Position numbers and translations under genes: made by a program. From Vulcanimicrobiales bacterium (GTDB lineage Bacteria; Vulcanimicrobiota; Vulcanimicrobiia; Vulcanimicrobiales; Vulcanimicrobiaceae), in NCBI GenBank assembly GCA_038231455.1, contig JBBRLI010000002.1, forward strand, positions 32,001 to 96,000: 64,000 bases of DNA, given 5' to 3'. Positions 18,855 through 28,407 of this stretch are shown here, one piece after another. Numbering within the stretch: position 1 is the stretch's first letter; each line of letters starts with the position of its first letter. A model generated the notes under the pieces. The model searched no databases. It worked only from the letters and a program-made list of their open reading frames with translations, and was not told where the DNA came from.

Positions 18855-19872
18855 TGTCCGCGCAGCCGTGGAAGCTTCGCTTGGCACGCGCTATAGCGCT
18901 GCCGTCGTGCGTATCGAACGCGGCGGCTCCTGCGTCTATGAGGAAACCTTCGGCGCGACGACGGGCTCCGCAGGTGCGGTGCCGATCGCGTGCGATACGG
19001 TCTTCGACCTTGCCTCGCTGACGAAAGTATTCGTCTCGACGGCGGCTCTTGCGTGCGTGGCACGCGGTGATCTCACACTCGATGGACCGCTTCTCGGTGC
19101 CTTTCCCGATTGGGATGGTACGGCGCACGCCACGATCAGCTTGCGTATGCTGCTGGCGCACACGGCCGGTTTTCAATCCGGAGCAGACTATCGAACCTTA
19201 CTCGATACCAACGTCGAGACGTTCGCGCGCACGCAACCACTCGCGGCAGCGCCGGGAGAACGGGTGATCTACAGCGACCTTGGCTTCATCGTGCTCGGTA
19301 TCTTGCTAGAGCGCGTATCGCGTGCATCACTTGCAACGATCGTCGCCGAGCTGTGCACGCGCTGCGGAATTGCCGATGTACTCTATCGAGCGCCTGCTCG
19401 CATCCGCGGCTCCATTCCGGCAACAGAATCTGACGATTGGCGGGGAAGCGTTCAAGGCTTCGTCCACGACGAGAAAGCGTATTTGATGAACGGTGTCTCC
19501 GGCCACGCGGGCCTGTTCGGTCCGGCAAATGCCATCGCGCGGCTGACGGAGTGCTACCTTGCCGTTCTGTGCGGTCGAACAAGTCCGCTCGATCCTGCGC
19601 TTGCACGCGCAGCGACGGCGCTCGTCGCCGCCGACCCCGTTTTGCGTCGGGGTCTCGGTTGGGCGCTCAAAACGAGCGATCAGAATTCGTGCGGTGCGCG
19701 CATGTCAACGGGGACCTTCGGACATACGGGCTTTACCGGGACCTCGGTGTGGGCCGACCCGACGCGCGACTGTTCGGTGACGTTGCTGACGAATGCCGTT
19801 CATTTCGGGCGCGTCGATATTCGCGATGTCCGCGCCGCCGTCTGCGATGCGGCGATCGAGGCAATCGGATGA
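18844..19872 (+). CDS. Serine hydrolase, beta-lactamase/AmiE-like family
   Basis: SLTK (SxxK), YSD, VHDE, GHTGFTG. Confidence 0.88.
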   Translation: MFADVRAAVEASLGTRYSAAVVRIERGGSCVYEETFGATTGSAGAVPIACDTVFDLASLTKVFVSTAALACVARGDLTLDGPLLGAFPDWDGTAHATISLRMLLAHTAGFQSGADYRTLLDTNVETFARTQPLAAAPGERVIYSDLGFIVLGILLERVSRASLATIVAELCTRCGIADVLYRAPARIRGSIPATESDDWRGSVQGFVHDEKAYLMNGVSGHAGLFGPANAIARLTECYLAVLCGRTSPLDPALARAATALVAADPVLRRGLGWALKTSDQNSCGARMSTGTFGHTGFTGTSVWADPTRDCSVTLLTNAVHFGRVDIRDVRAAVCDAAIEAIG

Positions 19873-21014
19873 TCGCGATCGGACTCATGTCGGGCACGTC
19901 GCTCGATGGAATCGACGCGGTTCGCGTGCGTATCGTGCCTCGCGGCGAACACTATGATATTGCCGTCGAAGCATTCCAGACGGTGCCTTTCGAACCGCAA
20001 CTGCGCGAACGAATCGTCGCAGCACTTCCACCGAGTGCGACCACGGCACTCGAAATCGCGCATTTGCACGCGCTGCTTGGTGAGGCGTTCGCCGATGCCG
20101 CGGCGCGCGTCGCCGGGCGGAACGTCGACTACATCGCATCGCACGGGCTCACGCTCGCGCACGATGGCGATTCCCACGTGACGATGCAGATCGGCGATCC
20201 CTTTCGCATCCGCGAGCGTTTCGATACGACGGTGATCAGCGATTTTCGTAGCGCCGACACGGCGGCTGGCGGACACGGTGCGCCGCTGGTGCCGCACGTC
20301 GACGCGCTGCTTTTCGGCAGCGACGGAGAACCGCGCGTCGCGCTCAATTTGGGCGGTATCGCCAACCTCACGGTGCTGCAGATTGGCGCCCCGCTCGTCG
20401 CGTTCGACACGGGACCCGGGAACATGGCGCTGGATGCGTTCGTGTTGGACCGCACCGCCGGCGCGGAGGCGTTCGACCGCGACGGCAATTATGCACGCGC
20501 CGGTCGCGTCGATGAAGCGCTGCTTGCAAACATGCTGGCCGAGCGGTACTTTGCCGAAGCTCCGCCTAAATCGACCGGACGCGAACGATTTGGTCCGGTA
20601 TTCTTCGAGCGCTATCGCACGGAGTTAGAAAAACTCAGCCTCCCCGATGGCGCCGCGACGCTTACGGCGCTGACGATCCGCACGATTTCGGATGCGATTC
20701 GCATTTACGCACGTTCGACGGCGCGCTTGATCGTCGGCGGCGGTGGATCGCACAACTTCGCGCTCCTGGACGGATTGCGCCGGGCGCTGCCGCGGATCGC
20801 GGTCGTAACGAGCGATGCATTCGGCATCGATCCGGACGCGCGCGAAGCGATCGCGTTTGCCGTGCTGGGCTACGAGTGCCTGCGCGGACGCGCGGCGGGG
20901 ATCCCGAAGGTCACCGGAGCCCGTGGGCCGCGCCTTTTGGGAGCGATTGCGCCGCACGAGCTGGAATCATTGCTTGCGCGCATCGCGCGCGAGATCGAAA
21001 GGGGACCGCGATGA
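19869..21014 (+). CDS. anmK: Anhydro-N-acetylmuramic acid kinase
   Basis: GLMSGTSLDGID, DFRSAD..GGHGAPL, NLGGIAN, FDTGPGN, PPKSTGRE. Confidence 0.95.
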   Translation: MIAIGLMSGTSLDGIDAVRVRIVPRGEHYDIAVEAFQTVPFEPQLRERIVAALPPSATTALEIAHLHALLGEAFADAAARVAGRNVDYIASHGLTLAHDGDSHVTMQIGDPFRIRERFDTTVISDFRSADTAAGGHGAPLVPHVDALLFGSDGEPRVALNLGGIANLTVLQIGAPLVAFDTGPGNMALDAFVLDRTAGAEAFDRDGNYARAGRVDEALLANMLAERYFAEAPPKSTGRERFGPVFFERYRTELEKLSLPDGAATLTALTIRTISDAIRIYARSTARLIVGGGGSHNFALLDGLRRALPRIAVVTSDAFGIDPDAREAIAFAVLGYECLRGRAAGIPKVTGARGPRLLGAIAPHELESLLARIAREIERGPR

Positions 21015-21907
21015 CCCATCTCTACGTCGGCGTCGATGCCGGCGGGACGTCGACCGTTGCCGTCGCCGCTCGCCCAGGTGAGGCCCCGCGTCGCGAGCTT
21101 GGTGGTCCGGCAAACGCAAGCTCGATCGGCGTCGACGATGCCGCAAATGAGATCGTAACGGTCATTCGGAGAGTCTGCGGGCACGACAAACCGCAGGCGA
21201 TCGCAATCGGCGCTGCAGGAACGGGCCGCTCGGAGGTCGCGCGCACGATCGAAGAACTCGTCAGCAGCGCATTCGCCGGTGCGACGGTTGCCGTCGGCGA
21301 TGATGCCGAAATCGCTCTACGCGCCGCGATCCCGGAAGGCCCGGGAATCGTCCTCATCGCCGGGACGGGTTCGATTGCGTTCGCACGCACGGCCAGCGCG
21401 AGCGCGCGCGTCGGCGGTCTGGGCTATCTGCTTGGCGACGAAGGCTCCGCGTTTGCGATCGGATTTGCCGCTGCGAAACTCTACGGCCGCGTCCTCGATG
21501 GCCGAGCCGCACGCGACGAGACGACCGATCTTGTGGGGCGCACGCTGAATGCACCGGATCGCGCCGCTCTCGTCGATTCCATCTACGGACCGCGGCTCGA
21601 CGTCGCCGGCATCGCTGCGATGGCGCCGAGTATCATCGCGTTTGCGAGCAAAGGCAATCGTGTCTCGACGAAAATCGTTCAAGAGGCATCGAAAGAACTT
21701 GGCGAGCTCGTCAAAAGTGTCGCGCGGCAATGTGGACTTATCGAAGCTTCCCCGACCGTTGCGCTCGCGGGCGGTCTGTTGCGCGAGAATAGTCTGCTGA
21801 CATTCTTGCTCGAACAGCGCATCGTCGGCGATTTGCCGGGAGCCGCGATCGTCCGTAGCGCCGATGAAGCTGCGGTCGGAGCGCTCCGACTCGCAATGTT
21901 GCTATGA
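21011..21907 (+). CDS. BadF/BadG/BcrA/BcrD-family N-acetylhexosamine kinase (MurK/NagK-like)
   Basis: GVDAGGTST, IAGTGS, GGLGYLLGDEGS. Confidence 0.88.
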   Translation: MTHLYVGVDAGGTSTVAVAARPGEAPRRELGGPANASSIGVDDAANEIVTVIRRVCGHDKPQAIAIGAAGTGRSEVARTIEELVSSAFAGATVAVGDDAEIALRAAIPEGPGIVLIAGTGSIAFARTASASARVGGLGYLLGDEGSAFAIGFAAAKLYGRVLDGRAARDETTDLVGRTLNAPDRAALVDSIYGPRLDVAGIAAMAPSIIAFASKGNRVSTKIVQEASKELGELVKSVARQCGLIEASPTVALAGGLLRENSLLTFLLEQRIVGDLPGAAIVRSADEAAVGALRLAMLL

Positions 21908-22785
21908 GCGACGAACTTCCGGCAACCGAGGGCATCGACGCGGCGACCGCGCAGCTCGATTCGCTCGGAAGTCGGGACCTCGTCCGTACGTTGATCGCGG
22001 CGAACCATGGCGCCGTCGATGCAGCCGAACGCAGTTCGACGGCGATTGCTGCGGCCGTCGATGCCGTCGTTCGAGCGCTCCGCGCGCATCGTCACGTGCA
22101 CTACGTCGGCGCCGGAACGAGCGGCCGGCTTGCGATACTCGATGCGGCCGAGTTACCGCCGACGTTCGGCGTCTCGCCAAATCTCGTGCGGGCGCACATT
22201 GCGGGCGGCATCCCGGCGATCACGCGTGCGGTCGAAGGAGCTGAAGATGATTCGCACGCGGGTGCGGCGCTCGGCGCGGCCTTCGCGCGCGGCGACGTCG
22301 TGATCGGCATCTCCGCTAGCGGTGGCGCACCCTACGTGCTCGGGGCTCTCGCCGCCGCGCGCGTCGCCGGGGCAACGACGGTCGGGATCGCCAATGCTCC
22401 GGGCTCGCCGCTGGTGCGCGATGCCGCGATCGCGATCGTCCTCGATACCGGCGCAGAACCGATCGCCGGTTCGACCCGCCTCAAAGCCGGGACCGCTCAA
22501 AAAATCGTGCTCAACGCAATCTCGAGTGCCGCCATGATTCAGCTCGGCAAAGTGTACGGCAATCTCATGGTCGATGTCGTTGCGACCAATGTCAAGCTCA
22601 AGCGTCGCGCCGAACGACTCGTGCGCACGATCTTGGGCGAGCACGTTGACGCACCCGCGGTCCTCGCCGCGGCGGGCGGAAACGTCAAACGTGCCGTCGT
22701 GATGCAACGCCTGGGCGTCGATGCAGAAGAAGCGGACCGCCGCCTCGCCGCGCACGGCGAACGCCTCGGCGAAACGATCGCTTAG
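21904..22785 (+). CDS. murQ: N-acetylmuramic acid 6-phosphate etherase
   Basis: GAGTSGRL, AVEGAED, GSTRLKAGTAQK, VYGNLMVD. Confidence 0.96.
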   Translation: MSDELPATEGIDAATAQLDSLGSRDLVRTLIAANHGAVDAAERSSTAIAAAVDAVVRALRAHRHVHYVGAGTSGRLAILDAAELPPTFGVSPNLVRAHIAGGIPAITRAVEGAEDDSHAGAALGAAFARGDVVIGISASGGAPYVLGALAAARVAGATTVGIANAPGSPLVRDAAIAIVLDTGAEPIAGSTRLKAGTAQKIVLNAISSAAMIQLGKVYGNLMVDVVATNVKLKRRAERLVRTILGEHVDAPAVLAAAGGNVKRAVVMQRLGVDAEEADRRLAAHGERLGETIA

Positions 22786-23189
22786 ATCGCGCGCGAAAAG
22801 CCTTCGTCATCGCGGTGCACGAAACCGCAGGCTTTAAAAAAGCGCGCGAGATGTCGCGTACGTGCGACGTTCACGTGCATGCGCACGATATCCATCTTGC
22901 GCAAGTGGTCGGCGAGCGCGTCGAGCATCGCAGTCCCGACTCCCGCGCCGCGCGCGCCGGCTTCGACGAGGATGTCATCGAGCATCGCCACCAGTCCCCC
23001 GGCTTCGGTCGATATCGCGTAGCTGACGAGCGCACAGCTCACGACGCGTTCGTTTTGATCGAATGCGACCCAGACGAAGCCGTAGTCTTCACGCTCGACA
23101 AAGAGCGTGAGCGCCCGGCCGAGCGCGACGTCATCGGTCAGGACCAGGGAGAGCAGCGCGAAGACGTCCAATCGCTCGGTGGCGCTCAT
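22782..23189 (-). CDS. GNAT family N-acetyltransferase
   Basis: LDDILV...RGAGVGTAML acetyl-CoA motif A; start ATG 23189 (the track ORF is over-extended). Confidence 0.8.
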   Translation of the reverse strand: MSATERLDVFALLSLVLTDDVALGRALTLFVEREDYGFVWVAFDQNERVVSCALVSYAISTEAGGLVAMLDDILVEAGARGAGVGTAMLDALADHLRKMDIVRMHVNVARTRHLARFFKACGFVHRDDEGFSRAI

Positions 23190-23285
23190 ACGACGGCAGG
23201 TAATCATGCGTCCCGATTGCCGTTGAAGCATCGTGGGTACCGTTTCACCCGAATCGATTCGGATCGTTTCATAGGAGTTTCGCAC

Positions 23286-23669
23286 ATGATCGCTCACCTT
23301 CGCTTCGCACGTGCCGCCTTCTTCGCATCGGCGCTCGTGGCGATCGGCGCAACCTCGATCGCCTCGGCGACCGAGATGAAAGGCGCACTGCCGGCCGGCG
23401 GCAAGTACAAAGATTGCCACGGCTACATCTTGCACGTCAGTGATGCAAACATCCGCGTTCACTGCGTCGACGGCACACCGGCCGACCTCTCGTTTCTCCA
23501 GTTTCCGAAATACAGCAATGTCAAGGACGGCAAGAGCGTGCAAGTCCGAGATTTGGAGCCGAATACGCCCGTGCACGTCATTTTCACGCAGTCTCTCGGC
23601 ATACGGCACGCCTACAAAATCTATGTTGCCGATCCGAACGGTCACGGTCTGTACGGCTTTAAGAGTTAA
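23286..23669 (+). CDS. Small secreted hypothetical protein
   Basis: SD AGGAG, signal peptide, two Cys, OB-fold-like 'VRDLEPNTPVHV' segment. Confidence 0.7.
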   Translation: MIAHLRFARAAFFASALVAIGATSIASATEMKGALPAGGKYKDCHGYILHVSDANIRVHCVDGTPADLSFLQFPKYSNVKDGKSVQVRDLEPNTPVHVIFTQSLGIRHAYKIYVADPNGHGLYGFKS

Positions 23670-23699
23670 GCCCGAGCTTCGTCGCGAACGAGCGCCGCG

Positions 23700-25265
23700 G
23701 TGAGGATCGCGGCGTTCGTGTGTTGTTTGCTCGCTTTGCTTGGGCCAATTCGTGCGCAGTCGAGTACGATCGTTGTCGTTCCGCTCGACGATCGGCCGGT
23801 CACAGCGCAACTCCCGCGCATGCTCGGTGCGATCGCCGGCGATCGCGTGATCACCCCGCCGCGCGCGTTGCTCGGCACGTATCTCCAGTTCGGCGCTCCG
23901 GCCGGTCTGCTTGCGTGGCTGCGCGATCCGCTGCGGGCCGACGCCGAAGCGTTTGTGATCTCTGCGGATATGATCGCGTACGGTGGACTCGTTGCATCAC
24001 GAACCCCATCAACGCCACTCTTTCTTGCGCGTTCGCGCTTGAACGAACTCGCCGACATTCGCGCCGCACATGCAAAGTCGTCGTTCGCGGTGTTTGGAAC
24101 GGTGATGCGTTTAGCCCCGACCGGCCTTGCGCCCGTCGGTGATGCCGCGTCGTTCTTCGCCGCAGGCGCGCCGACTGAGGCGATCCAGCAGTATGCGAAT
24201 CTTCCCGACCCGCCGCAAACGGCAGAAGACGTTCGGAAAGCTGCGGCGCTGCGCGAGCGAGCGGGCCCTGCCGTGCTCGCAACGTATCTTGCTACGCGCG
24301 CGCGTAATCTCGATCTCGATCGCTGGCTGCTCCGTCAAACGGCCGAAGGTGCGTTCGATCGTGTCGTCCTCGGTCAAGACGATGCGGGGCCTGTTGGCCT
24401 CCACCTCAAGGATCTTGCCGCCTTGCGCGGGGACGTCGCGCGACTCGGCATCGCGCGCCGCGCGTCGATCGAACCGGGCGCTGACGAACTTGGAATGGTT
24501 CTCGTCGCCGCGCAGCTCGCGCGCGAAGGCGGCATCGTTCCGACGGTCTCCGTTACGTATTCACGCGCGGATGGCGGTGCGTACAACGATCCGCTCGAGT
24601 TCGCGCCCTTCGCAACGACCGTTGCAAACATCATCCGTGCGAGCGGTGCACGCGCCGTTTCCGGCCCCGCCGATATTCCGCTCTTCGTCCGCGTCGCCGA
24701 TACATCGAGCGCCGATGAGGCAGCGTTTGAAGCGGCGATTCGTGCGAGGGTCGGCGATGGCAAACCGGTCGCTATCGCCGATCTTACCTTCTTGCAAAAT
24801 GACGAGGCTCAGCGCCGCACGCTCGCAGAGCGTCTCATCGACGGCGGCCTTGCTGGGAAGATCGCCTCGTTTGCGTCGTGGAACACGGTTGCAAACACCA
24901 TCGGAACGGCGCTTCCGGAAGCGATCGCGGTGCTGGTCGGTCAGCGCCGAGGGACGTACGATGCGCGGGCCCACGCGCAGTTCCAACTCGACCGGTACAT
25001 CGACGACTATGCCTTCCACAGTTTTGCTCGCCCGGACATCAATGCGACCCTCGAACGAGCCGGAACGAGCGACCACACGTATCTTTTGCCGGACGTCGGG
25101 GCGGCTACCGACCGTCGTAATCGTCATTTGCTCTGGCCGTACGCCGTCGATCTCTTGGCGCGAATCTATCCACAGTATCGCGACGCCGGATTGACGATCA
25201 CGCTCCCATGGCGGCGCACGTTCGAGACCGAGATCGACGTTCGCCTCGACCAGCGCTCCCCTTAG
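23700..25265 (+). CDS. DUF4127 family protein, secreted
   Basis: VPLDDRP, DMIAYGGLVASR, LGQDD, PGADE, SWNT..NTIG, PWRRTFE. Confidence 0.82.
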   Translation: MRIAAFVCCLLALLGPIRAQSSTIVVVPLDDRPVTAQLPRMLGAIAGDRVITPPRALLGTYLQFGAPAGLLAWLRDPLRADAEAFVISADMIAYGGLVASRTPSTPLFLARSRLNELADIRAAHAKSSFAVFGTVMRLAPTGLAPVGDAASFFAAGAPTEAIQQYANLPDPPQTAEDVRKAAALRERAGPAVLATYLATRARNLDLDRWLLRQTAEGAFDRVVLGQDDAGPVGLHLKDLAALRGDVARLGIARRASIEPGADELGMVLVAAQLAREGGIVPTVSVTYSRADGGAYNDPLEFAPFATTVANIIRASGARAVSGPADIPLFVRVADTSSADEAAFEAAIRARVGDGKPVAIADLTFLQNDEAQRRTLAERLIDGGLAGKIASFASWNTVANTIGTALPEAIAVLVGQRRGTYDARAHAQFQLDRYIDDYAFHSFARPDINATLERAGTSDHTYLLPDVGAATDRRNRHLLWPYAVDLLARIYPQYRDAGLTITLPWRRTFETEIDVRLDQRSP

Positions 25266-27922
25266 TGCGTGCTAAGCACCGCATGATCGTACGTCAAGCG
25301 TAGTTCGCTACTCGGAACCGAGCGCGCGTACAGAAAACCCTGACCGTAACGGCAGCCAAGCCGACGAACGTGCTGCTGCTGCTCGGTCGTCTCGATGCCC
25401 TCGGCGACGATCGTGACCTCGAGCGCGCGACCGAGATCCACGATGAACTTCACGATCGTATCGATCTTTGCGATGTCGCGCGTAAACGCGCGATCGATCT
25501 TGACCGTATCGAACGGGAATTCTTGCAGATACCGCAGTGAAGAATACCCCGTTCCGAAGTCATCGATGACGATGCGGAATCCCGCACTTTTGAGCAGAGC
25601 CAGTTGCGCGAGCGCGATCGAATTGGAATCGAGAAACAGCGACTCGGTGATCTCAAGCGCTAACAGACGCGGGTCGGCGCCGGTTTGGCCGATCAACTCC
25701 ATGACCTCAGCTGCGTACGTTTCACTCAGGATTTCACGAACGGAGACGTTGACGTTGATGACGATATTCGCAAGCGGACTGCACCCCACGCGCCAGGTGA
25801 CTTGCTGTTCGCAGGCACGGCGTAAGACCCAGCGGCCGATTTCGACGATCGCGCCGGTTTCCTCGGCGACGGGGATGAATTCCGCCGGCGAGACCGCACC
25901 GTCGCGCCCGTGCTGCCAACGCACGAGCGATTCGACGGTCGTGAGTTTGCCGCTATCGATATCGACGATCGGCTGATATTCCACGAAGAGTTCGCCGCGT
26001 TCGATTGCCAGCGGCAGGTCGGTTCCGTACCGCAGACGATGGATCGCCGCTTCGCGCATGTCGTCGCTGAAGACACTATGTCGCCCGCGGCCGTTCGATT
26101 TGGCGTAGTACATGGCGGTATCGGACTCACGGATCAGTTCGTGTTCGCGCCCGCGATGTTCGCGGCCGCCGCTGGTGATCCCGATGCTGCATTCGAGTCG
26201 GATGCTGCCGGCTGCCGTTTCGAAAGGGACGCGAAAGGCGCCGAGAATGAGTTCCATCGTACGCTCGATGTCGAGGGTTGCTTCATCATCGACCAGCATT
26301 AAGACGAACTCATCGCCGCCGAAACGCGCGACGGTATGGACGGGTGCCGCATATGTCGATAGGCGGCGTGCCGCGAGGACCAGCACTTCATCGCCGAGCG
26401 CGTGACCGAAACTGTCGTTCACGTACTTGAAGTGGTCGAGGTCGATGAACGCGATGTGCACGAGCGATCGGGCGCTCGGAAGCGCCTCGAGCGTTTCGTG
26501 CAAGAGTGCGAGAAAGCGCGCGCGATTCGGCAGCTTGGTTAGCGAGTCGTGCGTCGCCTCGAATTCCAGTTGCTCGAGCGCCTTGCGTCGTTCGGTTACG
26601 TCGCGCACGATCGCAAGTGCGTAGGCGGGGTCTTCCGTACGTTTGCCGCTTCGAACGATCGAATAACTCGCCTCGATCGAGATCGCCGTGCCGTCTGCGC
26701 GCACGATCGGAGCGGGGGCGATTTCGGCCGGTTTCCCGCGAAAGAGATCGTCGAACGACGGACAGAGCGTCCGAATCGTCTGCGCGCCGTCGGTGCCGAG
26801 CATGCGCGTGAGTTCGCCGTTCGTGCGGAAAATTGCGCCGGAGCGGTCGTAGATCGCAATGCCGACCGACGTTTCATCGAAGATCGCGTCGAACTGCGCT
26901 TCCGTGACGGCGCGGCTTCGTTCGGCTTCGACGAAGAGCGCCCGCCGTACGGCGATGCGTTCGATAATGCGTCCGATCGCAAGTGCCACAAACGGAATGG
27001 CCACAAGGGTGGCCAGCAGTCCGATCAGATCGAGGATCGTACGCCGTCGCTGGGCCTCAAGCCGGCTATGCAATTCGTTCGAGAGAAGATCGGCGACCGT
27101 ATGGATCGTGTTTTCGAGGCTCGCGCGCAATTCATCGGAACGTGCCTGGACAAGGGCAATCGCCGTGGCGCTGACGATTCCATGCGTGATTGGCTGGTCG
27201 ATTGCGCGCCCGAACCGTTCGTTTGTCGCCATGTGTTCGTGTTGGAGGACGTCAAGTGTTTCGGCATCCGCCGGATGCGCCGCACCCGCAGCGATGAGAT
27301 CGCTATCGATGAACGAGAGGGCCGTCGCACCGCGGGCTGCCGCTGCAGCTGCAATCACAAGCGGCTCCGGGCGTTTGCAGCCGCCGTGAAAAGCGAGTCG
27401 CGCGTCTTCGAAGGCGCTCGTTGCAAAGGCGACGCGGTAATCGAGCGCGTCGCTGAGCGGGCCTTCGTATTGCAGACCACCGCGGTCGGCGGTGAGTGCG
27501 ATCTCGGCAAGTAGTTCCGGCACGGCGCGATCGAACGGCTGCGTACGCAGGATCGGCGCGCGCAGCGCGCCTTCAATCGCTTCACGGGTTCGGACGGCAC
27601 TTGGTCCGAGGACGCTGCCTGCCTGCGGCAACGTCTCGATCGTCCGGAGTACGCCGAGGGCTGCGCTAACACGGTGGCGTGCGTCGTTGACGGCAAAATC
27701 CGCCGTACATTCGACGAGTGCTTCACGCATCGACTGAATTGCCGAGAGCGCGTTATGCTGAGCGACAATGATATTCGTCGCGGCCGCCTCGCGGGTGAGG
27801 GCAACTTGCCGGCCGAGCGTATCGCGGAGGTCGCCTCCGAGTACGAGCAGCAGAGGCGCTAGCAAGAGTGCCGCGACGAGCAGGAGCGGAACGGAGACGA
27901 ATTTTGCGTTGCGAGAGTGCAT
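25262..27922 (-). CDS. Membrane-bound sensor PAS-GGDEF-EAL protein
   Basis: Two TM segments flanking an extracytoplasmic helical region; PAS; HDSLTKLPNR; FGGDEF; ESLVRW; DDFGTGYSS; EGIE. Confidence 0.92.
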   Translation of the reverse strand: MHSRNAKFVSVPLLLVAALLLAPLLLVLGGDLRDTLGRQVALTREAAATNIIVAQHNALSAIQSMREALVECTADFAVNDARHRVSAALGVLRTIETLPQAGSVLGPSAVRTREAIEGALRAPILRTQPFDRAVPELLAEIALTADRGGLQYEGPLSDALDYRVAFATSAFEDARLAFHGGCKRPEPLVIAAAAAARGATALSFIDSDLIAAGAAHPADAETLDVLQHEHMATNERFGRAIDQPITHGIVSATAIALVQARSDELRASLENTIHTVADLLSNELHSRLEAQRRRTILDLIGLLATLVAIPFVALAIGRIIERIAVRRALFVEAERSRAVTEAQFDAIFDETSVGIAIYDRSGAIFRTNGELTRMLGTDGAQTIRTLCPSFDDLFRGKPAEIAPAPIVRADGTAISIEASYSIVRSGKRTEDPAYALAIVRDVTERRKALEQLEFEATHDSLTKLPNRARFLALLHETLEALPSARSLVHIAFIDLDHFKYVNDSFGHALGDEVLVLAARRLSTYAAPVHTVARFGGDEFVLMLVDDEATLDIERTMELILGAFRVPFETAAGSIRLECSIGITSGGREHRGREHELIRESDTAMYYAKSNGRGRHSVFSDDMREAAIHRLRYGTDLPLAIERGELFVEYQPIVDIDSGKLTTVESLVRWQHGRDGAVSPAEFIPVAEETGAIVEIGRWVLRRACEQQVTWRVGCSPLANIVINVNVSVREILSETYAAEVMELIGQTGADPRLLALEITESLFLDSNSIALAQLALLKSAGFRIVIDDFGTGYSSLRYLQEFPFDTVKIDRAFTRDIAKIDTIVKFIVDLGRALEVTIVAEGIETTEQQQHVRRLGCRYGQGFLYARSVPSSELRLTYDHAVLSTH

Positions 27923-27956
27923 GCAACCTTAAATTTTACTTAAGCCATGTTCGTAA

Positions 27957-27980
27957 ATACCCGCATGGTATGGCACGAAC
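27957..27980 (-). promoter_or_regulatory. SigB/SigF-type promoter (GTTC-N14-GGGTAT)
   Basis: Minus strand reads GTTC GTGCCATACCATGC GGGTAT, 35 nt upstream of the GGDEF-EAL start. Confidence 0.5.
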
Positions 27981-27999
27981 GCGCTCGAGCGCGAGATGG

Positions 28000-28407
28000 T
28001 CAAACGCTTGGTTGGCAGAGTTCGATCAAGACGCCTGCGGTCGACTTCGGATGCAGGAAGGCGATCGTATTGCCGTGTGCGCCGCGTCGCGGTTCCTCGT
28101 CGATCAGACGCACGCCGAGCGATTTGAGCCGCGCGAGCTCTGCGAATATGTCATCAACGCGGTATGCGGTATGATGTAATTTTGTCTCGGCGTCGCCGCG
28201 AAATTTGGCGATCGGTGAGGCTTCGTCCAAAGGCCGCAGCAATTCGATGATCGCATCGCCCGCGCGCAGGCCGACCGCTTCGATTCCCTGATCGGCAACG
28301 ATCTCGCGGTAGATCTGCGTGAAGCCGAGCGTCTGCGTGTAGAGTGCGATCGTCGCTTCGAGATCGCGAACCACGATTGCGACGTGATCGATCGGTGCAT
28401 CGATCAT
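28000..28407 (-). CDS. mce: Methylmalonyl-CoA epimerase
   Basis: [37 protein letters not shown]-coupled to the mutase. Confidence 0.95.
   Translation of the reverse strand: MIDAPIDHVAIVVRDLEATIALYTQTLGFTQIYREIVADQGIEAVGLRAGDAIIELLRPLDEASPIAKFRGDAETKLHHTAYRVDDIFAELARLKSLGVRLIDEEPRRGAHGNTIAFLHPKSTAGVLIELCQPSV

Noticed and set aside
19437-19868. Apparent 144-aa N-terminal extension of AnmK (similar extensions on nagZ, the GNAT, lrgB, livM and the 2Fe-2S gene)
   Set aside because: ORF-caller over-extension into neighbouring genes; the family motifs begin at the downstream coupled starts.
18844-19872. Antibiotic-resistance beta-lactamase
   Set aside because: No signal peptide, YSD in place of YxN, and the recycling-operon context favours an amidase or esterase.
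24127-27514. Long alternative-frame ORFs 24127-25194 and 26549-27514
   Set aside because: Arg/Ser-rich or antisense shadows of DUF4127 and the GGDEF-EAL gene.
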